Position numbers and translations under genes: made by a program. The notes beneath the pieces were generated by a model, which did not search any database, was not told the DNA's origin, and saw only the letters and a list, made by a program, of their open reading frames with translations. A stretch of 64,000 nucleotides of DNA from Candidatus Fervidifonticultor sextus (GTDB lineage Bacteria > Sysuimicrobiota > Sysuimicrobiia > Sysuimicrobiales > Humicultoraceae). Below are positions 1 to 9,399 of the stretch, piece by piece (within the stretch, counting starts at the first letter, position 1; each line of letters starts with the position of its first letter). The DNA lies in assembly GCA_031459875.1 (NCBI GenBank), contig JAVKHQ010000003.1, positions 1 through 64,000 on the forward strand, in the 5' to 3' direction.

Positions 1-242
1 TACAGCGCCATCAGCTCAACGACGTGGCGTGGCCGACCTCGCCCCATGCCCAGGGCCCTGAGGATGGTGGTAATTTGCTCCCAGAGGTGGCGGGTGCTAG
101 GATACAGGCGGGACACCACGAGGGATCACCCTCCCCGACGTCTGCTCTGTGCGTCACACAAAGCCTTCGTCGGGTGGTGTCCCAACTCTTTTTCAGGTCA
201 GCGCTTCAGGCCGTTCCTGGAGCCCGTGCGTAACTCCTGTCA
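1..242 (-). mobile_element. Probable left end of an insertion sequence, with the 5' end of a putative transposase gene (GTG at 119, running off the window edge)
   Basis: Minus-strand ORF MVSRLYPSTRHLWEQITTILRALGMGRGRPRHVVELMALY... has a good SD (GGGGAGGG). The segment replaces the N-terminus of the adjacent PPOX gene, with the junction near 239-244 (minus strand CTGACAGGAGTTACGCAC). No catalytic residues are visible in the window. Confidence 0.45.
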
Positions 243-481
243 GGAACATGGAAGCCAATCCGCACGTGAGCCTCAGCATCGTCGATCCTGGGAACATGTA
301 CCGCTACGTGCAGATCCGTGGCGAGGCGATCAGGTTCGACCCCCACAACGGCGCGCGGGACATCGACCGCCTGTCCATGCGCTACACCGGCAAGCCCTAC
401 CCGTACCCCGACGGCCAGCGGCCGGAAGACCGGGTGTCCGTCCTCATCACGCCCCGCTCCGTGAGCGGCTGGCGCGGCTAG
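239..481 (+). pseudogene. C-terminal part of a PPOX-class (F420-dependent, pyridoxamine 5'-phosphate oxidase-like) oxidoreductase, 5'-truncated
   Basis: VRNMEANPHVSLSIVDPGNMYRYVQIRGEA...IDRLSMRYTGKPYP...RVSVLITP matches the PPOX family C-terminal half; the upstream in-frame sequence is unrelated. Confidence 0.75.
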
Positions 482-1295
482 CGCCGCGGCGTCCGGGCCG
501 CGGCCCCAGGCGGCCGGCCAGCCACCGGCGCAGTTCGCGCAGGTCGCGGACGGTCAGGTCCGGCCTGGGGCCGCGACGCAGGGCCGGCCGCACGCCGGCA
601 ACGCCGCTTTGCACCAGGATCGCAAACAGGCCGGCGGCCCGGCCCGCCGCCATGTCGGTCGAGAGCTGATCGCCGACCATGGCCGCCTCGTGTGGGCGCG
701 CCCCGATGCGCGCGGCGGCCTCGCGGAGCAGGAGGGGACGGGGTTTGCCCACCACGACTGCGCGCCGTCCGGAGGCGTACTGGAGCGCTGCGACGATCGC
801 CCCGGAGCCCGGGATGACGCGGTCGGGCATGGGGAGCAACGGATCGGGGTTCGCGGCCACAAAGGCCGCGCCGGCCACGAGGGCCTGCACCGCTGCGGCG
901 AGCTTGCGGTAGGTCAACCGGCGGTCCAGGCCCACGACGACGGCGGCGACCTGGTCCCACGCGGGGACGAAGCCTGCGCGGGCGATCGTCCGGCGGAACG
1001 CGGGTTCTCCGATGACGAGGACGCGCGACCCGGGCGGCAGCGTCTTGCGCAGGTACGCGGCTGCGGCCTCGGCGGCGGTGACGATCCGCCGGGCGTGGGC
1101 GCGGATGCCCATGGCGGCCAGGTGGCGGACGTACTGCCGCGGGGTCCGGGTGGTGTTGTTGGTCACCATCGCGTAAGGGATGCCACGCCGGTCCAGGTCC
1201 GCCAGGAGGTCCCGGGCCCCGGGCAGCGGTCGGTCGCCCCGGTACAGCACGCCGTCCATGTCGAACAGGAACGCACGGAAAGTGCGGCGGGTCAC
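447..1295 (-). CDS. HAD-IIA family hydrolase (NagD-like phosphatase)
   Basis: Motifs FDMDGVLY, TNN, GKP and MVGDQLSTDM; start taken as GTG at 1295. Confidence 0.9.
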   Translation of the reverse strand: MTRRTFRAFLFDMDGVLYRGDRPLPGARDLLADLDRRGIPYAMVTNNTTRTPRQYVRHLAAMGIRAHARRIVTAAEAAAAYLRKTLPPGSRVLVIGEPAFRRTIARAGFVPAWDQVAAVVVGLDRRLTYRKLAAAVQALVAGAAFVAANPDPLLPMPDRVIPGSGAIVAALQYASGRRAVVVGKPRPLLLREAAARIGARPHEAAMVGDQLSTDMAAGRAAGLFAILVQSGVAGVRPALRRGPRPDLTVRDLRELRRWLAGRLGPRPGRRGASRASRSRSGA

Positions 1296-1591
1296 GCCAT
1301 CGTCTTCTGTGCCTGGCCCACGACACCCTCCCGATGCCCGCGGCCGTGCGGGGCGAACGGTGTCGCTGGGAGGCACGGAGCGAGGATGGCGCCTGCGCCC
1401 CACCGGGGATCCAAGGGTGGCGCTGGCGCGGTCGCCGCGGGCGGCCGCCGACGAGGGAATCTCCCGGGGGCCACAGGGTGCCTCGTGATGGCTCCGTCAT
1501 TCGAGCAGGAGGAGAGCGTCTGGAGGACTAATTATGGCGTCAGATTTCCGCCCAAAGTTCAGACTCCATACATCGAGGGAGGGATGACCGT

Positions 1592-2770
1592 ATGCCTCAG
1601 TCGCAGACGACGCACGCGGCTGTCCGCCCGACCACCTATCCCACCCGACATTCCCGCAATAGCAAGTCCCGCCGTGAGTTCCTCAAGACCGCCGTCGCCG
1701 GCGCTGCTGCGGCGACGATCGGCTTCTCCTATGTCAAGCGCGTCACCGCCCAGCCGGCTGTCGTCTGGAAGATGCAGTCCGGCTGGCCGGCGCGCGAGTA
1801 CTTCCACGAGTCGGCGGTGGCGCTGGCCAACAAGATCAACGAGATGTCGGCCGGCCGCATCCGGATCGACCTGCTCCCAGCCGGTGCCGTGGTGGGGGCA
1901 TTCGGGATCATTGATGCCGTGGACAAGGGGCTGCTGGACGCTGGCCACGCGGTGGGCGTCTATGCCTACGCCAAGAGCCCCGCGACGAGCCTGTTCGGGA
2001 CCGGTCCGTCGTTTGGGATGGACGCCATCGATGTGCTGTCGTGGTTCTACTACGGCGGCGGCTTCGAGCTGTACCAGGACCTGCTACAGAACAAACTCAA
2101 ACTCAACGTCGTGAACTTCCTGTTCGGCCCCATGCCGACCCAGCCCCTGGGCTGGTTCCGGGTCCCGGTGCTCAAGCCCGAACAGCTCAAGGGCACCAAG
2201 TACCGGACCGTGGGGCTGTCGGCGGAGCTCTTTGCGGAGCTGGGGGCCTCAGTGGTCATCCTCCCGGGCGGCGAGATCATTCCGGCGCTGGAGCGCGGCG
2301 TGATCGACGCCGCGGAGTTCAACAACCCCTCCTCCGACAAGGCCCTGGGCTTCCCCGATGTTCGGAAGGTCTACATGCTGGGCAGCTTCCACCAGCCGGT
2401 GGAGAGCCTCGAGGTGGAGATCAACAAGGCGAAGTGGGACGCCCTGCCGCCGGACCTCAAGGCCATCGTCCGGTATGCCATCTACGCGGAGGGGGCCGAC
2501 TTCCACTACCGGACCATCGCCCGCAACAGCGCCGACCTGGAGGAATTGGAGAAGCAGCGCGGCGTGCGGGTCTTCGTGACGCCCCCCGAGGTCCTGCGGG
2601 CGCAGCTGGCGGCCTGGGACAAGATCATCGAGAAGCACTCCAAGGCCGACCCGACCTTCGCCCGGATCGTCAACAGCCAGCGGGCCTGGGCCCGGCGGGT
2701 GGTGAGCTGGAAGCTGCGGACCTACGTGGACAACCGCATCGCCTGGGACCACTACTTCAAGGGCAAGTGA
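1592..2770 (+). CDS. dctP: TRAP transporter substrate-binding protein (DctP/TakP-like), Tat-exported
   Basis: Tat motif SRREFLK; WKMQSGW, GGEIIPALERGVIDAAEF; SD GAGGGAGG. Confidence 0.9.
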   Translation: MPQSQTTHAAVRPTTYPTRHSRNSKSRREFLKTAVAGAAAATIGFSYVKRVTAQPAVVWKMQSGWPAREYFHESAVALANKINEMSAGRIRIDLLPAGAVVGAFGIIDAVDKGLLDAGHAVGVYAYAKSPATSLFGTGPSFGMDAIDVLSWFYYGGGFELYQDLLQNKLKLNVVNFLFGPMPTQPLGWFRVPVLKPEQLKGTKYRTVGLSAELFAELGASVVILPGGEIIPALERGVIDAAEFNNPSSDKALGFPDVRKVYMLGSFHQPVESLEVEINKAKWDALPPDLKAIVRYAIYAEGADFHYRTIARNSADLEELEKQRGVRVFVTPPEVLRAQLAAWDKIIEKHSKADPTFARIVNSQRAWARRVVSWKLRTYVDNRIAWDHYFKGK

Positions 2771-2801
2771 CGGTGAGGAGCTAGGCTTGCCCGCAGACGA
2801 C

Positions 2802-2841
2802 GTCAGGGCGCCCGAGGAGTCCTCGCTCGGAGCGCCCTGAC
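2802..2841 (+). other. Intergenic stem-loop between dctP and dctQ (mRNA-stabilising or attenuating hairpin)
   Basis: Perfect 10-bp inverted repeat GTCAGGGCGC...GCGCCCTGAC; no U-tract. Confidence 0.5.
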
Positions 2842-2880
2842 TGTCGCATCGGCACAGGCGGGCCGTCCAGGAGCGCGGCC

Positions 2881-3447
2881 ATGCGACGGGTCATCAGGGG
2901 CATCGACCGGATCAGCGAGACCGTGGGGAAGGCCTTCGCCTGGCTGGCGGTGGCCATGACGCTGGCCATGTCGTTCGAGGTGGTCTCCCGCTACGTCTTC
3001 GACCGGCCCACCACCTGGGCGTTTGACGCCAGTTACATGATGTACGGAGCCTACTTCATGATGGGCTCGGCCTACACCCTGTCCAGGAACGCCCACGTGC
3101 GCGGCGACATCTTCTACCGCAACTTCACCCCCCGCACCCAGGCGCTCATCGACCTGGTCCTGTTCATCGTCGTCTTCTTCCCGGCGATGACCGCGTTTGT
3201 GGTCATCGGGTGGGACTTCTTCCTGCACTCGTTCCGCATCCGCGAGACCTCGCCGCTGAGCCCCTACGCGACCCCAGTCTGGCCCCTCAAGGGGGCCATC
3301 CCCGCCGGCGCCGGGCTGTTGTTGTTGCAGGGGGTGGCCCAGGTCCTCCGCTGCGTCATCGCCATCCGGACCGGGCAGTGGCCCGACCATGAGGAGCACG
3401 GTCTGGAGGAAGCCGAAGCCCTGGAACCGCCCGAGGTGTCAGCGTGA
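2881..3447 (+). CDS. dctQ: TRAP transporter small permease
   Basis: Four TM segments; EVVSRYVFDRPTTWA and HVRGDIFY motifs. Confidence 0.9.
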   Translation: MRRVIRGIDRISETVGKAFAWLAVAMTLAMSFEVVSRYVFDRPTTWAFDASYMMYGAYFMMGSAYTLSRNAHVRGDIFYRNFTPRTQALIDLVLFIVVFFPAMTAFVVIGWDFFLHSFRIRETSPLSPYATPVWPLKGAIPAGAGLLLLQGVAQVLRCVIAIRTGQWPDHEEHGLEEAEALEPPEVSA

Positions 3448-4763
3448 GCCCGGAGGCCCTCGGCATCCTCCAGCTGGTCCTCCTGACCGCGGCCATCTTC
3501 ATCGGCTTCCCCACCGCCTTCACCCTCATGGCGCTGGGTTTCGTCTTCGGCTACCTGGGGTTTGGCCACCTCGTCTTCGACTTGATGGTGCAGCGGGCAT
3601 TCTTCGTGATGACCAACGACGTCCTCATCTCCATCGCCCTGTTCATCTACATGGGCTATGTCCTGGAGCGCTCCGGCATCCTGGACCGGCTGTTCAGGAC
3701 CATCCTGATCCTGGCCGGGTCGCTGCGGGGCTCGCTGGCGCTGGCCACCGTGATCACCTGCACCATCTTCGCCATGGCCACCGGGATTATCGGGGCCTCC
3801 GTGACCATCATGGGGCTGCTGGCGCTGCCACCGATGCTGCGGCTGGGCTACGACAAGCGCCTGGCCTCGGGATCCATCGCCGCCGGGGGCACCCTGGGCA
3901 TCCTCATCCCGCCCAGCGTGCTGCTCATCCTCTATGCGGCCAACGCCGGTGAATCCATCGTCCGGCTGTACATGGCGGCCTTCGTGCCGGGGTTCCTGCT
4001 GGCCGCGCTCTACGTCGTCTACGTCGCGCTGATGGCGTGGTGGCGGCCCGAGATGGGGCCGCCCCTGCCGCCGGAGGAACGGGCCTTCCCCACCCGGCAG
4101 AAGGTCGGGATGCTGCTCACCGGCCTGCTGCCCATCTCCGTCCTCATCCTGACGGTGCTGGGGTCCATCGTGGCTGGCCTGGCGACTCCCACCGAGGCGG
4201 CCGGCGTCGGGGCGCTGGGCGCCATGGTGCTCAGCGCGGCCTACCGACAGCTGACCTGGGAAAACCTCAAGGCCGCGGTGTTCCAGGCCATCCGGACCTC
4301 CAGCATGGTCCTGACCCTTCTGGTGGGATCGGCCATCTTCTCGGCGGTCTTCGCCCGGCTGGGGGGATCCCGGATCATCGAGGACGCCATCGTAGGGCTC
4401 GGGCTCACTCCCCACCAGTTCATCTGGCTGATGATGGTGGTCATCTTCCTGCTGGGTTGGCCCCTGGAGTGGACGGAGATCATCATCATCTTCATGCCGC
4501 TGTTCTGGCCGATCGCCCAGAAGTACGGCATCGACCCCATCTGGCTGGGGGTGCTGGTGGCCATCAACCTGCAGACGGCGTTCTTGAGCCCGCCGGTGGC
4601 GATGGCGGCCTTCTACATCAAGGGGGTGGCGCCCAGAGACGTCCTGCTGAAGGACATCTGGTGGGGGATGGTACCCTTCATGGGCCTCCAGGTGGTGGCG
4701 CTGCTGCTCGTGTACTTCTTCCCGCAACTGGCGCTGTGGCTGCCCAAGCTCGTCTACCGATAG
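3444..4763 (+). CDS. dctM: TRAP transporter large permease
   Basis: Highly hydrophobic; GGTLGILIPPS, ATPTEAA and FLSPP motifs; overlaps the dctQ stop. Confidence 0.92.
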   Translation: MSPEALGILQLVLLTAAIFIGFPTAFTLMALGFVFGYLGFGHLVFDLMVQRAFFVMTNDVLISIALFIYMGYVLERSGILDRLFRTILILAGSLRGSLALATVITCTIFAMATGIIGASVTIMGLLALPPMLRLGYDKRLASGSIAAGGTLGILIPPSVLLILYAANAGESIVRLYMAAFVPGFLLAALYVVYVALMAWWRPEMGPPLPPEERAFPTRQKVGMLLTGLLPISVLILTVLGSIVAGLATPTEAAGVGALGAMVLSAAYRQLTWENLKAAVFQAIRTSSMVLTLLVGSAIFSAVFARLGGSRIIEDAIVGLGLTPHQFIWLMMVVIFLLGWPLEWTEIIIIFMPLFWPIAQKYGIDPIWLGVLVAINLQTAFLSPPVAMAAFYIKGVAPRDVLLKDIWWGMVPFMGLQVVALLLVYFFPQLALWLPKLVYR

Positions 4764-4767
4764 TGGC

Positions 4768-6225
4768 CTACATCCCGATCGAGACCGACTTCACCTCCAT
4801 ATACTCCTCGATCCCTTGACGGCCGCCCTCCCGGCCCAGTCCGCTCTCCTTGAAGCCCCCAAACGGGATCTCGTGGGTGTAGCCGCTGGCGTCGTTGACG
4901 CCGACCATCCCGTACTCCAGCGCTTCGGCGACCCGGATCGCCCGCCGGAGGTCCGTGGTGTAGCAATAGGCCGCCAGGCCAAACGTCGTCTGGTTCGCCC
5001 GCTCGATCACCTCGGCTTCGTCCCGGAAGGTCATCACCGGCGCCACAGGTCCGAAGATCTCCTCCCTGGCCACCGCCATCTCCTCGCGGACGTTCATCAG
5101 CACGGTGGGGGCGTAGAAGAGCCCGCGGCTGAGGACTCCCTCGGTCAGCCGGCGGCCGCCCGCGGCCACGGACGCGCCCTCGGTCACCGCGCGCTTTACC
5201 AGGCCGTCCACCTTCTCCAGGATCTCCGCGTTGATCAACGGGCCGATCTGGGCGCCCGGCTCGAACCCCGGCGCGACCTTCAGGGCGAAGACGCGGTCGA
5301 GGAATTTCGGGATGAAACCATTGGCGACGCTCTCCTGCACGTAGAGCCGGTTCGCGCAGATGCACGACTGGCCCGCCACGCGCAGGAACTTGATGGCAAC
5401 CGCGCCGTCGGCCGCGGCGTCCAGGTCGGCGTCGTCGAAGACGATAAACGGGGCATTCCCGCCCAGTTCGAAGGAGACGCGCTTGAGGTGCGCGGCGGCC
5501 CCCGCCATCAGCCGCTTGCCCACCTCGGTCGAGCCGGTGAACGCGATCTTGCGCACGGCGGGATGGTCCAAAAACGCCTGACCGACCTCCCCGGAGCGGC
5601 GGCTGGTGATCACGTTGAACACGCCGGGCGGCAGCCCGGCCTCCTCGCCGATGCGGGCCAGGGCCAGCGCGGTCAGCGGCGTGGCGCTGGCCGGTTTGAG
5701 GACCACCGTGCACCCGGCGGCCAGGGCCGGGGCGATCTTGCGGGTGACCATGGTCGCAGGAAAGTTCCAGGGCGTGATGGCGGCTACGACGCCGATCGGT
5801 TGGCGCATGACCCAGAGGCGCTTACCGGCAACAGGCGGCGGCACGATCTCACCGTAGACGCGGCGGGCCTCCTCGGCAAACCAGCCGAAGTAGCCAGCGG
5901 CAAAAGCCACCTCGCGGCGGGCCTCCTCGAAGGGTTTGCCGTTCTCCTGGGTGACCAGGCGGGCGAGGTCGTCCCGCCGCTCCGTCATTCCCTCGAAGAG
6001 GCGGCGCAGGATCCGGCCCCGCTCCACCGCCGGCGTGGCGGCCCACGACCGGAAGGCCCGGGCGGCGGCGTCGACGGCCTGCCAGACGTCCTCGCGGCCG
6101 GCATCCGGCAGGTCCGCCAGCACCTCCGCGGTGGCGGGATCGACGACCCGCATCGTCTGCCCGCTGGCAGCGTCCACCCAGGCGCCGCCGATGTACATCC
6201 TGGAGCGTTCGCCAACCAGGCTCAT
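4768..6225 (-). CDS. gabD: NAD(P)-dependent succinate-semialdehyde dehydrogenase-like aldehyde dehydrogenase
   Basis: ITPWNFP, FTGSTEVG, ELGGNAP, catalytic GQSC, EEIFGP and PFGGFKESG; ATG at 6225 with SD GAGGAGGGG. Confidence 0.85.
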   Translation of the reverse strand: MSLVGERSRMYIGGAWVDAASGQTMRVVDPATAEVLADLPDAGREDVWQAVDAAARAFRSWAATPAVERGRILRRLFEGMTERRDDLARLVTQENGKPFEEARREVAFAAGYFGWFAEEARRVYGEIVPPPVAGKRLWVMRQPIGVVAAITPWNFPATMVTRKIAPALAAGCTVVLKPASATPLTALALARIGEEAGLPPGVFNVITSRRSGEVGQAFLDHPAVRKIAFTGSTEVGKRLMAGAAAHLKRVSFELGGNAPFIVFDDADLDAAADGAVAIKFLRVAGQSCICANRLYVQESVANGFIPKFLDRVFALKVAPGFEPGAQIGPLINAEILEKVDGLVKRAVTEGASVAAGGRRLTEGVLSRGLFYAPTVLMNVREEMAVAREEIFGPVAPVMTFRDEAEVIERANQTTFGLAAYCYTTDLRRAIRVAEALEYGMVGVNDASGYTHEIPFGGFKESGLGREGGRQGIEEYMEVKSVSIGM

Positions 6226-6483
6226 CCGTCTCCCCTCCTCGCCGGGTGGTGTATCGGCGTCCTTTCGATTCGGGCAGACCGTCCCCCTGCCCGCCCCAAC
6301 CACATGGCCGGCCGTGGGCCCCTGAGGCGTCCAGGAAAGGCGCCGGCGCCACGCGAAATCACCGGGTCATGACGCGGGGAGAAGGACGGGGTTCTCCGGG
6401 GGTGGGCTGATGGGCGCACGGACCGGGCAGCAGTTCGTGATCTGTCGGGAGTCGCTCGAGGACGGCCGCGCGGCGGGACAGCC

Positions 6484-7062
6484 GTGACCGATCCGTCGCC
6501 GGCGCCCGACTCGCATGCCTTCCGGCGGACGATCGGCCTGTTCGCCACGGGCGTTTCGGTGGTGGCGCTGCAGACGCCCGACGGCGTCGCTGGCATGACG
6601 GCCAACGCCATCTGCTCGGTCTCCCTGGAACCCCTGTTGGTGCTGGTCTGCGTGGACCGCAAGGCCCGGTTGGCCCGCGACCTCGGGGTCGGCCGGCCGT
6701 TCTCGATCAACATCCTCCGGGAGGACCAGGAAGTGCTTTCCCGCTACTTTGGCGGAGGGTGGCACGACCTGCCGCCGCCCGAGTTCCGCTTCGAAGACTG
6801 GGACGGCACGCCCCGGCTGGTCGGCGCGCTGGCGTCGATCCGGTGCGCCGTGGATCGCCTGCACGACGGCGGCGATCACTGGATTGTCCTCGGGCGGGTG
6901 GTGGGCCTCTTCGAGGCGTCCGGGCCCTCCCACCCGCTTATCTTCTATGCGGGGCGATATCGGCGCCTGGCGCCGCCGCCCGTCCCGGCCGCACCGCCGG
7001 AGCGGTGGGGGCCGGATGGGGTGGCCACCTCCGGCGAGGACCGGGGGGCACCGCGCGAATGA
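6484..7062 (+). CDS. Flavin reductase family protein
   Basis: FRRTIGLFATGVSVV, SVSLEPLLVLVC, GGDHWIVLGRV and PLIFYAGRY. Confidence 0.9.
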   Translation: MTDPSPAPDSHAFRRTIGLFATGVSVVALQTPDGVAGMTANAICSVSLEPLLVLVCVDRKARLARDLGVGRPFSINILREDQEVLSRYFGGGWHDLPPPEFRFEDWDGTPRLVGALASIRCAVDRLHDGGDHWIVLGRVVGLFEASGPSHPLIFYAGRYRRLAPPPVPAAPPERWGPDGVATSGEDRGAPRE

Positions 7063-7250
7063 CCGCTCCCCCCTGATGACCTGCGGCCGGCCGCTGTTCG
7101 CGACCCTCCGCAGAAGAGGAGCCCCGGCCGACAGCGACTGGGGCTCACGGTTCCGTTCAGTGCGGCTCCGTCGGACCGGGGGCCGCGCACCAGCCTACGT
7201 CCTCCGGCGCCGTCGGCCAGAGGCACGACCCCCGGTCCGGCTCTTGTCCT

Positions 7251-7451
7251 CTACAGCACGGGCAGGAGTCCTGCGGTCCTCCCGGATCGGGCGTGGTGCC
7301 ATGCGGCCTCCATGACCTGGTCCAGGTCCGACAGCATGGGGCCGTAGACAGCCACGACCGTTCCCCTGGGATCGAGCAGGGTCAGGCCGTCCTCCTGCTC
7401 CACGACCTCGTAGCCTTCGGGAAGCCCCGGAAGTACGATCGACCAGCCCAT
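7251..7451 (-). CDS. Small hypothetical protein (66 aa), divergent from the peptide/regulator pair
   Basis: Globular-looking sequence LPEGYEVVEQEDGLTLLDPRGTVVAVY; GC-rich third codon positions; SD GGAG before the ATG. Confidence 0.6.
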   Translation of the reverse strand: MGWSIVLPGLPEGYEVVEQEDGLTLLDPRGTVVAVYGPMLSDLDQVMEAAWHHARSGRTAGLLPVL

Positions 7452-7774
7452 GGAACGCTCCGGCTCGGCGTCCTGGCCGGCGCCTTGCCCAACACGTTAT
7501 GCGTTAGAGGTTCCCCGCTCGAGGCCCGACCCCTTCCGTCCCCATCCGGTAGCGAGGCCAGATGGGTGCCTTCAGCGGACGATCTTCGGCCGACTTCATT
7601 CAGGCTGAAGTTTCGAACCCAGAGGAGGAGGAACTTCACCCGTCGGCGTCGAACTCCCTAACTATCTCCGGGGAGAACCGTTCGGGTTCACGCCCTTCAT
7701 CCCGCCATCACCGGCCCTGCCTGGAGACCCGGGGAGATCCCGGGAGCCGTCTCGTTTTAAGGAGGGGATCCACC

Positions 7775-7897
7775 GTGAGAAAGGCCATTGCGATCGCCTT
7801 CGCCGCGCTCCTCATGCTGTCCGGCGCACCGGCGACCCCAAGCCAGCCGGCGCCGACCGTGGTCGCGGATCACGGTGGCGGCGAAGCGTTCGGCTAG
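7775..7897 (+). CDS. 40-aa secreted pro-peptide, candidate signalling peptide precursor
   Basis: Strong SD AAGGAGG then GTG; MRK-AIAIAFAALLMLSG-APA (Sec signal with A-X-A site) followed by TPSQPAPTVVA-DHGGGEAFG. Confidence 0.75.
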   Translation: MRKAIAIAFAALLMLSGAPATPSQPAPTVVADHGGGEAFG

Positions 7898-7959
7898 GCA
7901 CGACAGGATCTCACCGGCTCTAAGCCGATTGCCCTGGTCGTCGTGGGGGAGGGATATTT

Positions 7960-9252
7960 GTGACGCTTGGCGAGCGCATCCGCCAGGCCCGGAAGAGCCG
8001 CGGCATCACGCAGCGGGCCTTAGCTGGCGGAGATCTGTCCGAGAGTTTCATCAGCATGCTGGAGCACGACAGGGTGCGGCCGTCGCTGGAGACGCTCCGG
8101 GTCCTCGCCGGACGCCTCGGGCTGCCGCTGGCCGAGTTGCTCGACGCCGAGCCGCCGCCCAGCCGGCAGGTCAGGGTCAAGATCGACCTGGGCAACGCGC
8201 TGCTGCGCCAGCACCGGTTCACCGAGGCCATGGAGGCGTTCCAGGAGGCGGAGCGCCGCCTCGCCCCGGGGTCTCCGCTGGAGGCCGTCTTTCGGGTCAC
8301 CATCGGGCTGGGCCAGGCGCTGACGGGCCTGAGCCACTTCGATCTGGCCGAGCAGCATCTGGCCAAGGGCGAAGCCCTGGCGGAAGCCCTCGGGCGGCCG
8401 GACCTGATCGCCCGGGTGGCGAGCGCCGCCGGGCTCCTCTCCCTCCGGAAGCGCGATCTCCCGGCTGCCCGGGATGCCTTCACCCGGGCGCTGGCCGCCA
8501 TCCGGTCCGCAGACCCTGTGGACGCCGAATTCGAGGGGAGGATCCTGATCAACCTCGGTCGCACCTACTCCGACCTGGGGCTGCCGGCGCAGGCGCTCCA
8601 CTGCCTCGAGAGCGCCAGAGCGCGGCTCGAGCCGCTCCACGACCTTGGAGCGCTCGGGCTTTTGCACTTCAACCTGGGCGTGGCCTACGAGCGGCAGCGA
8701 GCCTTCGAGGTGGCCCGGGCCCACCTGGAGAAGGCGGCGGTGCTGTTCGAGGCGCAGGAGAACCTGGGCCTGCTGGCCACCGCGAAGCGGAGCCTGGGGA
8801 TCCTCCTGGTCAACCGGGGGCAGCCCCGCGAAGGAGCCGACCTGCTGGAGCAGAGCATGAGGGTGGCCGTCAGTCTCGCCGACGACCTGGGCCGTGCCCA
8901 GACCCTCACCGAACTCGCGCGCGCCTCGCTGCTGGTGGGGGATCTGGATGCAGCCCGCCGTCAGGCCGAGGAGGCGATCCGCCTGGCCGTCAAACTTCAG
9001 AACCCCACCGAGGCCGCGCGGGCCGAGACGATCATGGCCGCCATCTGCCATCGCGAAGGCCGGTTGGACGAGGCCGCCAACCGGTACGCCTACGCGCTGG
9101 AGCAGTTCGAGCGTCTCCATGCGGCGGGCGAGGTCGCCCGCGTCAGCCGCGAGTACGGGTTCCTGCTCCTGGAACGGGGCGAGGAGGGCAGGGCGGCCCG
9201 CCTGTTCGCCAGGGCGTTCCGCGCCCAGGACGAGGCGGTCGCCGCGCGGTAG
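7960..9252 (+). CDS. XRE-family HTH + TPR-repeat transcriptional regulator (RRNPP-like architecture)
   Basis: N-terminal LGERIRQARKSRGITQRALA...FISMLE...PSLETL HTH, then about 8 TPR-like helical repeats (LINLGRTY, HFNLGVAY). Confidence 0.9.
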   Translation: MTLGERIRQARKSRGITQRALAGGDLSESFISMLEHDRVRPSLETLRVLAGRLGLPLAELLDAEPPPSRQVRVKIDLGNALLRQHRFTEAMEAFQEAERRLAPGSPLEAVFRVTIGLGQALTGLSHFDLAEQHLAKGEALAEALGRPDLIARVASAAGLLSLRKRDLPAARDAFTRALAAIRSADPVDAEFEGRILINLGRTYSDLGLPAQALHCLESARARLEPLHDLGALGLLHFNLGVAYERQRAFEVARAHLEKAAVLFEAQENLGLLATAKRSLGILLVNRGQPREGADLLEQSMRVAVSLADDLGRAQTLTELARASLLVGDLDAARRQAEEAIRLAVKLQNPTEAARAETIMAAICHREGRLDEAANRYAYALEQFERLHAAGEVARVSREYGFLLLERGEEGRAARLFARAFRAQDEAVAAR

Positions 9253-9399
9253 GGACATCGGGCTGCCGGAACCTGTGAAGCAGCCTCCTCAAGGTTGTCT
9301 GAGGTTGCCCTGGCTGCCAAGGGAGGCGAGAGGGGGCTCCACGAGCGCGCATCAGGCGCAATCCGGCCACCGGGGAAGAACTCCCCGTGCCCCATGCCA

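Noticed and set aside
7562..7774. The 111-aa version of the ORF ending at 7897
   Set aside because: The strong SD and the signal peptide point to GTG at 7775; the upstream extension looks like translated intergenic DNA.
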